From the NCBI GenBank assembly GCA_963847705.1, contig CAWKBC010000027.1, positions 768,001 through 832,000 on the forward strand: DNA of 64,000 nt. Reading direction: 5' to 3'. A program made the position numbers and the translations under genes. The notes below the pieces were generated by a model, which had not been told where the DNA came from, made no database searches, and was given only the letters and a program-made list of their open reading frames with translations. This document shows positions 42,465 to 52,411 of this stretch, one piece after another. Each line of letters begins with the position of its first letter. The first letter of the stretch is position 1. The stretch comes from an uncultured Pseudomonadota bacterium. GTDB lineage: Bacteria > Myxococcota_A > Polyangia > Fen-1088.

Positions 42465-44278
42465 TCGGTCGTCGCGCCTGTCTTCAACTTCACGACGTGG
42501 GTGAGGCGCTCGCCGGCGCGCACGCGGATCTTCTCGGTGGCGAAGGCTTCGCCCGCGTCGACGGAGACCTCGATCTCCTTGCTGGAGTCGTCGTCGGTGA
42601 AGAACGGGACGTCAATCTCTTCGCCGGGGCGGCCGGCGGTCGCCGCCACCTTGCGATTGGGGTCGCTCACCAGCACCCGCGCCGTCGCCACCGCGGGTTC
42701 GGTGGTGACCAGCAGGTGCGCCGCGCGCCACTTCAGGCGGCGGGCGATGATCGCGTCGGCCGGCAGCGGGTGATTGGGCCCGATCTCCACCCGCTCGACG
42801 AAGCAGCAGCCGCTGGGGCTGCGCAGCTCGAGCACGTGGTCGACGTTCCAGGGGACCGCGATCGTCGTGTGGTCCGGGTCGTAGGCGAACTGCCGCTTGC
42901 CGTCGAGGTAGACGTCGACGTTCTGGGGGGTCGGCCCCAGGGTGAAGGTGCGCGAGGCCCCGGCCGGGTCGACGCCGCCCGCAGCGTGGCCATCGCCGCG
43001 CGAATGCGCCGGGTGGACCAGGGCCGACACGCGTCGCTGCGCCACAGGGGCCGTCACTTGCGCCGCCGGAGCTGGCGCCGGCGGAAGCAGCGGCGGCGGG
43101 CGGGGGACGGCAGGCAGCGGCAGGGTGACGGCGACGGTCGGGGGGTGAGAGCTCCGGTGATGCGCGGCCGCCAGAACAGCGCCCGCGGCGAGCGCGACCA
43201 GCGCGGTCGCCGTCATGGCCTGGTACACCCTGCGACGGCCATGCAGACGCCGCAGCGCCGCGGTCACGGTCTCGTTGTCCGGGTCGAAGGCGAGGACCCG
43301 GTTCCACAGCTCCAGCGCTTTCGCCCGGCGCCCGGCTGCGAGCTGCGTCCGCGCCGACCCGGTCAGGGCGGTGGCGAGGCGCTTGGGGAGCGCCTGATCG
43401 TAGGCGGCGGGGGCGGCGAAGTAAGCGCGCAGCTCGGCGCGCACGTCGGTCAAGCCTGCCTCGGTGAGGTAGGCCGTCAGGTCGTCGCCCATCGGGGTGA
43501 CGTCGGGGTAGCGGTCGTCGGGGCGGTGGGCCAGCGCGCGGCTGATGATCCGCGACAAGACCTGATCGACCCCTCGCCCGACCGTGCGCGGGTCGGGGAA
43601 CTTCCCCTCGGCGATCCGGCGCAGCACCTCGTGCGGGTTCCGCCCGGAGAACGGCAGCTCACCGGTGGCCAGGAGGTAGAGCATGATCCCGACGGAGAAG
43701 ACGTCGGTGCGAAAGTCGAGCTGCTTGCCCTCGATGATCTCCGGCGCCATGTAGGCCGGCGAGCCGAGCAGCTGGCCGGTCACGGTCATCCGCTGGAAGT
43801 CGAGGACCTGCGCGATGCCGAAGTCCATCAGCTTGATGAGGCCGTCCTTGCGGATCATCACGTTCTCGGGCTTCACGTCGCGGTGGATGACGCCGAGGGA
43901 GTGCGCATGCCCGAGCGCGTGGCAGACCTCGACCGCGATCAGCGCCGCCACCTCGGAGAACCCCAGTGGGCGCCCGTTCAGGTACTGCTTGAGCGTCTGC
44001 CCGTCGATGAACTCGGTGACGATGTAAGAGCTCGCCGAGCCGAGCCCCGAGTAATCGAAGATCTCCAGGATGTTCTCGTGCCGGAGCTTGGCCACGGCCC
44101 GCGCCTCGCGTTCGAGGCGCGCCTTCGAGTCGGGCTCACCGGCCAGGTGCTGGTGGAGGATCTTGATCGCCACCTCGCGCTTGAGGGTCTCGTCCTGCGC
44201 GCGATACACGACCGCCATACCACCCTGACCCACCTCTTCGATGAGCGTATATCGTTGAGGAACGCGGGCCTGCTCCAT
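42461..44278 (-). CDS. Membrane Hanks-type Ser/Thr protein kinase
   Basis: GQGGMAVVY, VAIK, HRDVKPEN, DFG and GSPAYMAPE; TM helix; extracytoplasmic beta domain. Confidence 0.93.
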   Translation of the reverse strand: MEQARVPQRYTLIEEVGQGGMAVVYRAQDETLKREVAIKILHQHLAGEPDSKARLEREARAVAKLRHENILEIFDYSGLGSASSYIVTEFIDGQTLKQYLNGRPLGFSEVAALIAVEVCHALGHAHSLGVIHRDVKPENVMIRKDGLIKLMDFGIAQVLDFQRMTVTGQLLGSPAYMAPEIIEGKQLDFRTDVFSVGIMLYLLATGELPFSGRNPHEVLRRIAEGKFPDPRTVGRGVDQVLSRIISRALAHRPDDRYPDVTPMGDDLTAYLTEAGLTDVRAELRAYFAAPAAYDQALPKRLATALTGSARTQLAAGRRAKALELWNRVLAFDPDNETVTAALRRLHGRRRVYQAMTATALVALAAGAVLAAAHHRSSHPPTVAVTLPLPAVPRPPPLLPPAPAPAAQVTAPVAQRRVSALVHPAHSRGDGHAAGGVDPAGASRTFTLGPTPQNVDVYLDGKRQFAYDPDHTTIAVPWNVDHVLELRSPSGCCFVERVEIGPNHPLPADAIIARRLKWRAAHLLVTTEPAVATARVLVSDPNRKVAATAGRPGEEIDVPFFTDDDSSKEIEVSVDAGEAFATEKIRVRAGERLTHVVKLKTGATTE

Positions 44279-44397
44279 CCGTCTACCCTGACGAACGTGT
44301 CATAGGGCCAACCTGAGAGCCCGATATTACGCGGATTTGCCGCCCGGCATCAAGCGGGGGGCAAGTGCCTTGGCTGTCAGGCCTCGGTCAAGACGGT

Positions 44398-45733
44398 TCA
44401 GCCCTGGCCGGTCTGGCCGGCGCCGCCGGTCTGCCCCGTTCCGTCGACCGGGTGGGCCAGAAAGTAGGGGAGGGCCTCGCTCATCAGGTCGAGCTCGGGG
44501 TCGAGTTGCTTGCCGATCCCCTCGGTGACGGCAATTGCGATGTTCACGATGGTGAAGCTGGCGTTCACCCGCACCCGGTGGCGGCGCAGGATTCCCAGCA
44601 TGTCGAGAAGCACCTTGCCGACCTGGACCTGCCCGAGCCGGTAGCCCCAGAAGCGCCCCACGAACTCGATGATGGCGGCGCGGTAGCGCTCGAACGCCTC
44701 CGGATCGCGGGGCGTGCCGGCGGACTCGGAGAGGCCGTACATGATGTGCGCCATCGCGTCGCCGTCCCGCTGCGCCCAGGCGGCGAAGAAGCGCGCGAAC
44801 CCCTTGCGGTGCGGCTCGTCGAGAATCGCCGACCAGGCCGAGGTCGAGCAGCGCCAGCTTGTCGTCCGGGGTGATGAAGATGTTCCCGGGGTGGAGATCG
44901 GCGTGCACGAAGCCGTCCTCGAAGATCATCTTCATCAGCATGCCGAGCCCGATCCGGGCGACCCGCTTCGGATCCGAACGGGTGGCCGGGGTGGAGAGGA
45001 TCTTGGTCCCCTCGATGAAGCTCATGGTCAGGATCCGCTCGGTCGACAGCGCCTCGATCACCTCGGGGAAGACGACGTCGGGGTGATCCTTGAAGTTGTT
45101 CCGGAAGCGGCGGTTGTTCTGCGCTTCGATCCGGAAGTCGAGCTGCGCGAAGATGGCGCGGCCGAACTCCTCGACGGCGGCCACCGGCGCCAGCGTCGAG
45201 ACCGAGGGGATGAGGTTCAAGAGTCGCGCCCCTTGCCGCATCACCACCATGTCGAAGGAGCAGAGCTCGACGAGGTTGGGGCGGCGGATCTTCACCGCCA
45301 CGATGCGGCCGTCGGTCAGCCGCGCCTTGTGCACCTGCGACACCGACGCCGAGGCCAGCGGCACCGGCGCGAACTCGGCGTAGATGGTCGCCAGCGGGCG
45401 GTGGAGATCCCCCTCGATGGTGCGGACCACATCCTCGAATGGGAACGGCCCGACGTGATCCTGCAGCTCCGCCAGCGCGTTCGAGATGTACTCGGGGAGG
45501 AGATCCGGGCGCGTGCTCATGATCTGCCCGACCTTGATGAAGGTGGCGCCGAGCTCGCGGAAAAGGTCGACGACGACCCGCCCCAGCCAGGCCCGCCGCC
45601 GATCGCGGCCGGACCGCCGCAGCCAGAGCAGCCACCAGCCGATCCAGAATCGTGCCCAGTGCTTGGTGACGCGGGCCCAGATGCCGACGGCCCGTGCCAC
45701 CAAGCGCCAGCGAGGCAGGGGCTTCGCCGCCAT
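44398..45733 (-). CDS. ABC1/UbiB-family atypical kinase; frameshift near 44824
   Basis: LGATFIKVGQ..STRPD, ASASVSQVH, VAVK, HADLHPGN and LLDLGLVG; C-terminus continues in the 44398-44754 frame. Confidence 0.88.
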
Positions 45734-45760
45734 GATTGAAAGTCTATACTATAAGGCGCA

Positions 45761-47605
45761 ATGAGCGTCGCCCCCGCTTCGATGCCGGCCGAAATTGCTG
45801 CCTCTGACCTGCGCAAGAACGAGCCCAGGACCGCGGTGGAGATGTGGAAGCGGCGGGTCGCCAAGATGCCGGCCGGCCCCGCCTTTCGCCACTTCGCAGG
45901 CGTCGCCTGGAAGACCATCAGCTACGCCGAGGCCGACGCCGCGGCGCGCGAGATCGCGGCCGGGTTGATCGCGGCCGGGGTGGTCCCGGGCGATCGGGTC
46001 TGCCTGCTGGCCCAGACCCGACTCGAGTGGGCGCTCTGCGACGTCGGCATCCTGCTGGCGGGTGGCGTCACGGTCCCGATCTACGCCTCGAACACCGCGG
46101 AGCAGTGTGAGTTCATCATCCGCGACGCGGGCGCGAAGATCGTGATCGTGGAGGACGCCGCCCAGCGCGACAAGGTGCTGCCGCTGCGCGACCGGCTGTT
46201 CACGGTGACCGGGATCGTCCAGATCGCCGAGGAGGCGCCGGCGGGGAACGCCGTCCGTTCCCTGGCTGCGGTGCGCGACGATGGACGACGCTGGCTGGAG
46301 GCGCAAAAGGGTGCCGCCGCAGATCTGCTGGAGGCGCACGCGGAGACGGTGGGGCCCGAGTCGCTGTTCACCATCGTCTACACCTCGGGCACCACCGGGA
46401 CCCCCAAGGGGGTGGTGCTGACGCACGAGAACCTCACGTCGTCCGTCTGCAGCGCCGTGCGCGCCATGGGGGTCAACGAAGGCGACCAGCAGTATCTGTT
46501 TCTTCCGCTGGCGCACATCCTGGCCCGCCAGACGATCTGGGTCGGCTTCGCGGCCGGCTACGTCACCACGTTTTCGCGCGGGACCAACCAGATCAAAGAG
46601 GATCTGGTGGCGGTGCGGCCGACCTTCATGGCCGGTGTCCCGCGCATCTACGAGAAGTTCTACGCCGGGGTGAGCGCGGCCCTCGCGCAGGGGACGGGGT
46701 TGAAGCGCCGGCTGGCCGACTGGGCGCTGCGCGCGGGCCGGGCGCACGCGGCGGCCGAGCGCGCGGGGGGGCATCCAGGCGGGCTCGGCCACTGGCTGGC
46801 CGACAGGCTGGTCCTCTCCAAGCTGCGGGCGCGCCTCGGCCTCGACCGCTGCCGCTTCCTCATCTCGGGCGGCGCGCCGCTCTCCGCCGAGATCGCCGAG
46901 TTTTTCCACGCCACGGGGCTCCTCATCATGGAGGGCTATGGGCTCACCGAGACGACCTCGGGGGTGTTCGTCAACCGGTTGGACCGCTACCGCTTCGGCA
47001 CGGTCGGCCCGATGATGGACGTGGTGGAGTCGCGGATCGCGGACGACGGGGAGATCCTGGTGCGCGGGGCACCCGTTTTCCGCCAGTACTACAACAACCC
47101 GGCCGCCACCGCGGAGTCGGTCGAGCCGGACGGCTGGTTCCACACCGGCGACATCGGCGTCATCGAGGACGGATTCCTGCGCATCACCGATCGCAAGAAG
47201 GACCTCATCGTCACGGCCAACGGCAAGAAGGTCGCGCCGCAGCCGATCGAGAGCGCGCTCAAGGCGACCTCGTCGCTGGTGAGTCAGGCGCTGGTCTTCG
47301 GTGACAAGCGCCCCTACTGCGTGGCCCTGCTGACGTTCTCCGAAGAGGCGGCCAAGCGATTCGGGGCGGGCGCCGCCGATTCCCAGGAGCTGAAGGCGGC
47401 CTTGCAGAAGGCGGTCGACGAGGTGAATGGAAAGCTCGCGCCGTACGAGCGGGTCAAGCGCTTCTCCATCCTTCCGCAGGACCTCACCGAGGCGGCGGGG
47501 GAGCTGACGCCGAAGCTGAGCGTCAAACGCAAGGTGGTCATCGAGAAGTACCAGCAGACCATCGAGGCGCTTTACGAACGCGGCTCCGCCGCCCACGCCG
47601 ACTGA
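45761..47605 (+). CDS. Long-chain fatty acid-CoA ligase (AMP-dependent)
   Basis: YTSGTTGTPKG, EGYGLTE, GWFHTGD, ITDRKKD and ELTPKLSVKR. Confidence 0.9.
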   Translation: MSVAPASMPAEIAASDLRKNEPRTAVEMWKRRVAKMPAGPAFRHFAGVAWKTISYAEADAAAREIAAGLIAAGVVPGDRVCLLAQTRLEWALCDVGILLAGGVTVPIYASNTAEQCEFIIRDAGAKIVIVEDAAQRDKVLPLRDRLFTVTGIVQIAEEAPAGNAVRSLAAVRDDGRRWLEAQKGAAADLLEAHAETVGPESLFTIVYTSGTTGTPKGVVLTHENLTSSVCSAVRAMGVNEGDQQYLFLPLAHILARQTIWVGFAAGYVTTFSRGTNQIKEDLVAVRPTFMAGVPRIYEKFYAGVSAALAQGTGLKRRLADWALRAGRAHAAAERAGGHPGGLGHWLADRLVLSKLRARLGLDRCRFLISGGAPLSAEIAEFFHATGLLIMEGYGLTETTSGVFVNRLDRYRFGTVGPMMDVVESRIADDGEILVRGAPVFRQYYNNPAATAESVEPDGWFHTGDIGVIEDGFLRITDRKKDLIVTANGKKVAPQPIESALKATSSLVSQALVFGDKRPYCVALLTFSEEAAKRFGAGAADSQELKAALQKAVDEVNGKLAPYERVKRFSILPQDLTEAAGELTPKLSVKRKVVIEKYQQTIEALYERGSAAHAD

Positions 47606-47616
47606 GCGCGCCGCAG

Positions 47617-48447
47617 CTACGGATTGAAGCCGCGCAGCTCGACCAGCAGCCCGGCGATGAGCGCCCGCAGCCGATCGAACCCCGGCTGCACGATCACGAA
47701 CTTCTCCTCGTCCATGTAGAGATCGCGCCTGAGCTCGATCTGGATCGCGTGCACATCGTCGGCCGGGCGCCCGTGGTGCGTGGTGATGAACCCGCCCTTG
47801 TACGGCTCGTTCGGCTTCACGGTGAGCCCTGCGGCGGCGAAGTGGCGCGTGACCAGCGCCCGCAGCGCCGGCGAGCAGCTGGTCCCCTCCCGATCGCCCG
47901 GGACGACATCGGCCCGCTCGCTCCCGGTGTCGGTGTGTCCGGCCCGACCGCGCGAGGGCATCGAATGCCCGTCGACCAGGACGGCAAACCCGAAGCGGGC
48001 GCGGGCGCGCAGGAGGGCGCGCGCGATGGCCTCGTGGTAGGCGGTGTGGATGGCGGTCCGGCCGCTCCACTCCGGCAGCGTGAGCGGGCGCGCCAGCGCC
48101 GGCGCGCCGGTGGTGGTGACCGCCCAGATGAATCCGCGGCCGTCGGCGTTGCGGGGGGCCCGGTGTTCCGGCACCGCGCCCGGCGCGACGTCGTCGGGAT
48201 CGCGGTTGAGATCGCAGACGAAGCGGGAGAGCTGCGCCGCCACGTAGGTCTCCGGCCCGTCGGGCTCGCCGATGCGATAGAGGCGATCGACGAAGAGATC
48301 GGCGTCGCCCCGCACGTCGAGCTCGGGTGTCAGCGTCTCCTCGTAGCCTGCCGTGCGCACCCCGGCGTGCGGGACGCTCACCACCACCGGGGTGGTCGGC
48401 GCTGCGGCCGATCGCGCCATGAACGCGCCCTCCACGATTCCCAACAT
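47617..48447 (-). CDS. N-formylglutamate amidohydrolase family protein
   Basis: SVPHAG, SRFVCDLNR, DGHSMP, PYKGG and AIQIE.RR.LY. Confidence 0.85.
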   Translation of the reverse strand: MLGIVEGAFMARSAAAPTTPVVVSVPHAGVRTAGYEETLTPELDVRGDADLFVDRLYRIGEPDGPETYVAAQLSRFVCDLNRDPDDVAPGAVPEHRAPRNADGRGFIWAVTTTGAPALARPLTLPEWSGRTAIHTAYHEAIARALLRARARFGFAVLVDGHSMPSRGRAGHTDTGSERADVVPGDREGTSCSPALRALVTRHFAAAGLTVKPNEPYKGGFITTHHGRPADDVHAIQIELRRDLYMDEEKFVIVQPGFDRLRALIAGLLVELRGFNP

Positions 48448-48469
48448 CGCTAGCTGCCTTCTAACACGG

Positions 48470-50599
48470 CTAAAAAGTCATTTTGTAACCGAGATCGGCC
48501 AGGAGCCCGGCGCTGTTCCCCTCGATCTCGTCGCCGGCCGACGTGCGTCCGAGGTCGATCCGGAGGTAGCGGAGTCCGATCGCCAGCCACCCGGGTCTGA
48601 GCGGGTAGGTCAGCTCGCTCCCGGCGCCCATCGCCAGGGCGTTCACGATGGCGCTGTCGATCATCGTCGTTCCTGCCGGGCTCGCGGTGACGCGCGCCCA
48701 GCCCCAGGACCAGCCGAGGTCGGCCTCGGCGGCGAGCTCCAGCGCGTGCGGCAGGGCAAACCCGACCCGCGCCACCGCCAGCAGCGGAAACACATTGGTC
48801 TCGAGCCTCGCCGTTCCCGTATGGTTGACGCCGCCGCCGGTGACATCGCCGCGCAGGTACCCGGCCGCAAAGCCGGCCGCCAGGTGAACGCGCCGGGCAG
48901 GCAGCGGCGCCAGCCCTTCGACGAAGGCGGTCGGCCCGACGGTCTCTCCGAAATTCGTGAAGAGGCCGGTCCGTGCGGCGGCGATGACGCGCACCGGCGG
49001 CGGCGTCACCTCGAAGCTGGCATCCGCCCGCAACATCTCCGAGGCCATCACCGCGAGCGTCTCACGGTGGGGCTCTCGCGTCCGCTCCGGGACGTACTCG
49101 GCCAGATACTCGCCGTCGCGGGGAACACGAACCTCGCGAATGCTTCCCTGGGGGGTCTCCCAGCTGAGCCCTGACACGGAGGTCGGCGTTCCGTTTCCGT
49201 CGACCGCCTGGACCCGCACCTGGGTCCCGCGCTTTCCGTCGGCCACGATCGGCCCCGCAGCGATCTGGAGCGTCAGCCGCTCCGGGGGCCCGCCGGTGAC
49301 ATGCAGCGGTTGCGTCGCCACGACCTCGCCCAGCGCCGCATCGACCATCATGTTCTCCCGCCCGTCGTACTTGGCCGGGGGCAGCACGGAGAAGGTCGCC
49401 GCGCCCGCCGGCGTCACCGCCACCGAGGTGGGGCGACCGTCGACGCGCACGAACACATCGGCGGCCGAGGTCGGATTTCCGAACCGGTCGCGCGACGAGA
49501 TGGAGAGGGAGACGGGACGGGGATCGCCGACGATGAGCCAGCGGTCGCTGGCGGTGATGGAGAGCTGACTGGGCGGGGCGGCGTGCAGTGGAAGGACCAG
49601 CTCGGCGCGCCCGCCCGTGGCGCTGCTCGGGCCTGGGGCGATCGCGGTCAACGCGACCGCGCCGGCGCCGACGTGGACCGGCGCCTCGAAGAGGAAGCGG
49701 GCCTCGCCGGGCGACCCACCCAGCGGGTGGACCAGCCCGGCCGAGGCGGCCAGCACCAACTGCCCGGCGGGCGCGGGGGCGCCGTTCTCGTCGAGCGCGC
49801 TCACCACGATCTCGCTGAAGCCGCCCACCTCCAAGGACGCGGGCGACAGCAGGAGCACGCGCGGGAAAGACGGCAGTTGCAGGTCGACCTCGGTCGCGCG
49901 GGCGCCGCCGCTCCTGTCCACCGCGCGCGCCTCGGCCTTTCGCACGCCAGGGGGGACGTCGATGGGGATCTCAACGTGACCCTGCCGATCGGCGACGACC
50001 GGACCGAACTGGCGGTCGCCCACCCGCATCGTCACCGAGGCGCCGCCGCTGGTGTGAAACGGGAACAGCGTCGCGCCCTCGAGCGCGATCCGCGTCGCAC
50101 AGTGCAGCCGCGCGGCGCCGGCGCCGAATTCGACCACCAGGAGCGCGACCTGGGGAAATCGATCGGCGGGGGGGTGATAGCGGGTGGTGAAGCGTCCCGG
50201 CGCGCCCGGCAGCGGCGCATCGAGCGTGCCGACCGTCGCCAGCGCACGCAGAGGGACGAAGCGCGCGGCGTCGGGGCCCGAAAGGTCGATGAGGACATCG
50301 ACCTCTCTGTCGACGCCCAGCTTGAGCGCCGGACGGGCAGGGGTCATGGCGATGGTCGTCGCCAGCGCGGTCTCCGGCGCTGTTGGCGACGCGCTCGTCG
50401 GTCCGGTCGTCGGCGCGGTCGTCGGTCCGGTCGTCGGTCCGGTCGTCGGTCCGCTCGTCGGCGCGGTCGTCGGTCCGGTCGTCGGCGCGGTCGTCGGTCC
50501 GGTCGTCGGTCCAGGTGTCGGCTCGGCGGCGAGCGCGAGCGTCCCGCCTGGGGTCCACGAGACGACCAGGAGCAGGAGGACGGCGCGGGCGGCCGGCAA
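48470..50599 (-). CDS. Secreted protein with PT-rich linker, Ig-like (invasin Big_1-like) domains and probable C-terminal beta-barrel
   Basis: Signal peptide; PTT(G/A) repeats; IVADG...VRVQAVDGNG.P; C-terminal amphipathic strands ending GYKMTF. Confidence 0.6.
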   Translation of the reverse strand: MPAARAVLLLLVVSWTPGGTLALAAEPTPGPTTGPTTAPTTGPTTAPTSGPTTGPTTGPTTAPTTGPTSASPTAPETALATTIAMTPARPALKLGVDREVDVLIDLSGPDAARFVPLRALATVGTLDAPLPGAPGRFTTRYHPPADRFPQVALLVVEFGAGAARLHCATRIALEGATLFPFHTSGGASVTMRVGDRQFGPVVADRQGHVEIPIDVPPGVRKAEARAVDRSGGARATEVDLQLPSFPRVLLLSPASLEVGGFSEIVVSALDENGAPAPAGQLVLAASAGLVHPLGGSPGEARFLFEAPVHVGAGAVALTAIAPGPSSATGGRAELVLPLHAAPPSQLSITASDRWLIVGDPRPVSLSISSRDRFGNPTSAADVFVRVDGRPTSVAVTPAGAATFSVLPPAKYDGRENMMVDAALGEVVATQPLHVTGGPPERLTLQIAAGPIVADGKRGTQVRVQAVDGNGTPTSVSGLSWETPQGSIREVRVPRDGEYLAEYVPERTREPHRETLAVMASEMLRADASFEVTPPPVRVIAAARTGLFTNFGETVGPTAFVEGLAPLPARRVHLAAGFAAGYLRGDVTGGGVNHTGTARLETNVFPLLAVARVGFALPHALELAAEADLGWSWGWARVTASPAGTTMIDSAIVNALAMGAGSELTYPLRPGWLAIGLRYLRIDLGRTSAGDEIEGNSAGLLADLGYKMTF
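50392..50512. repeat. 12-bp coding tandem repeat (~10 units) encoding PTT(G/A)
   Basis: GTCGTCGGTCCG and GTCGTCGGCGCG units in tandem. Confidence 0.85.
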
Positions 50600-50600
50600 C

Positions 50601-51435
50601 TCAGAGCTCCTGCGACACAGGCAGCGTCAAGCGAAACACGGTGACCACCGGCTCGTTCCAGCTCCCGGGATCGTCGGCGAGCGCCGAGATCTCCGCCCGC
50701 GCCCCGCGCGATCTCGCGGCTGACCGCCAGCCCGAGGCCCGTCCCCTGTTCGTCCCCCTTGGTGGTGAAGAACGACTCGAACAGCCGCGCGCGCAGCGCC
50801 TTGGCGATGCCGAGGCCATTGTCCGCCACCTCGATCGAGGCGAAGCGAGGATTCTCCGCCATCACCCGCGCGCGCACCTGAACGATGGGGGCGGGCGCGC
50901 CGGAGACGGCGTCGAGCGCGTTGGCCAGCAGGTTGATCAGGATCTGCTCGAGGGCGTGCGGGGCGGCGGCCACCGGGGGGACGTCCGGGGCAATCTGGGT
51001 TCGCAGCGTCACCCGGGCTTTGCGCAGCCGAAAGTCGAGCAAGGAGGTGACCCGCACGAGCACGGCGCCCACCTCGGCGCGCGTCTTGCCGCCGCTCTGC
51101 GAGGGGACGGAGAGCTGGCGCAGGTTCGCCACCAGCCCCGTCAGGCGCTCGGACTGCTCGACGATGTGGCGGGCGAAGTCCAGGACCTCGTCGAGCTCGA
51201 CGCGATCCCGTTCCAGCAGCAGCTGGGCGAGGCCCTTGATGGCGAACAGGGGCTGGCGCAGCTCGTGAATCTGCTTGGCGGCGAACCGACCGAACTCCGC
51301 CAGACGGCCCGCGGCCGTCAGCAGATCGCGCAGGCGGCGAAGCTCGGCGTCGGAGACGGTGGGGACAGGCGGGGAGCGCTCCGGTGCCGAGGGCGGGGGA
51401 GGGGAATCGCCGGGAGGACCAAGAGGCGTGCTCAT
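50601..51435 (-). CDS. Cytoplasmic histidine kinase without evident sensor domain; frameshift near 50685
   Basis: H-box IHELRQPL, N-box QILINLLANALDA, DNGLGI, FFTTK and GTGLGL. Confidence 0.85.
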
Positions 51436-51442
51436 GCGCGGC

Positions 51443-52411
51443 TCATTTCTTCCACAGGTCGGTGGCCTCGGGCGTCAGCGCCGGGGGCGGGCCGCGGCGC
51501 AACAGCGTGGCCGACGCCTGCCGGGTTCGTCCTCCCAGGTCCTCCACCTTGACGTCGACGGTGTTCTTCCCGGTGCGCAACGGCACCGTCGCCGTGAACT
51601 GTCCATCGGTGCCGACCTCGGCCCGGGTGCCGTTGACGGTCACCGACGAGGAGGGGGCAGCGCGTCCCTTCACCTCCGTGTCCGCGACGGCGTGGCGCTG
51701 CTCGGCGGCCGGCCAGACCACCTCCAGCAGGACATCCTCGGGGATGCGTTCGGGATCGCTGGGCGCTGCGCCGGCCACGCTCGTCGACTGGGTGCCTGGG
51801 GGGAGCGTGAGAGATTTCCCGCCGGCGGTGAACTTGGCCTTGCCGGCCAGCGACGCGACCGAGACGCGTCCTCGCTCGTCCGACAGCACCACGAAGTGCG
51901 CCGGGCCCTCGTTGGCGGTGCGCGTGTCGCGGGAGGTGATCTCGACGCTGTCGCTGCCGCTGACGCGCGCGAGCAGCTTTCCGTGGCGCAGATCGACGGT
52001 GGCGCCGCTGGCCAGCCGATCGAGCCCGATCTCGACCCGCTCGCGCAGCTCGATCTCGGTCCCCGCCGAAAGCTGAAGGATGGCGCGGCCGCCGGCCGCC
52101 GTGCGCACCACGTCGGTCCGGGTCAGCGTGTCGCCGGCCTTGATCGGGACCCATTGCCCGGCGCGCTGCGCCTCGACGTTCCCGGTGGACGAGGCGACCT
52201 GGAACGTCGCTTCGTCGCGCGCGGGGGCCGCGGCGGGGGCGGCAGAAGGGGCGACCGCCGCGTTGCGGGCCATCGCCTCGGACGGCCCCGGCAATGCCGG
52301 CGGCGAGCTCAAGTAGCGGCGTGAGGTGACGGCGGCGACGGCGACCGCGCCCAGGCCCAGCGCGATCAGCCCCACGTTGCCGAGCTTGCGGCTGGGAGGC
52401 CGGGTGCTCAT
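51443..52411 (-). CDS. Bitopic FecR-domain protein with C-terminal Ig-like domain
   Basis: N-terminal TM; FecR-like GNVE...W..IKAGDTL...DVVRT..GGRA.L; C-terminal VTVNG....VGTDGQF...L..GKN. Confidence 0.65.
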   Translation of the reverse strand: MSTRPPSRKLGNVGLIALGLGAVAVAAVTSRRYLSSPPALPGPSEAMARNAAVAPSAAPAAAPARDEATFQVASSTGNVEAQRAGQWVPIKAGDTLTRTDVVRTAAGGRAILQLSAGTEIELRERVEIGLDRLASGATVDLRHGKLLARVSGSDSVEITSRDTRTANEGPAHFVVLSDERGRVSVASLAGKAKFTAGGKSLTLPPGTQSTSVAGAAPSDPERIPEDVLLEVVWPAAEQRHAVADTEVKGRAAPSSSVTVNGTRAEVGTDGQFTATVPLRTGKNTVDVKVEDLGGRTRQASATLLRRGPPPALTPEATDLWKK

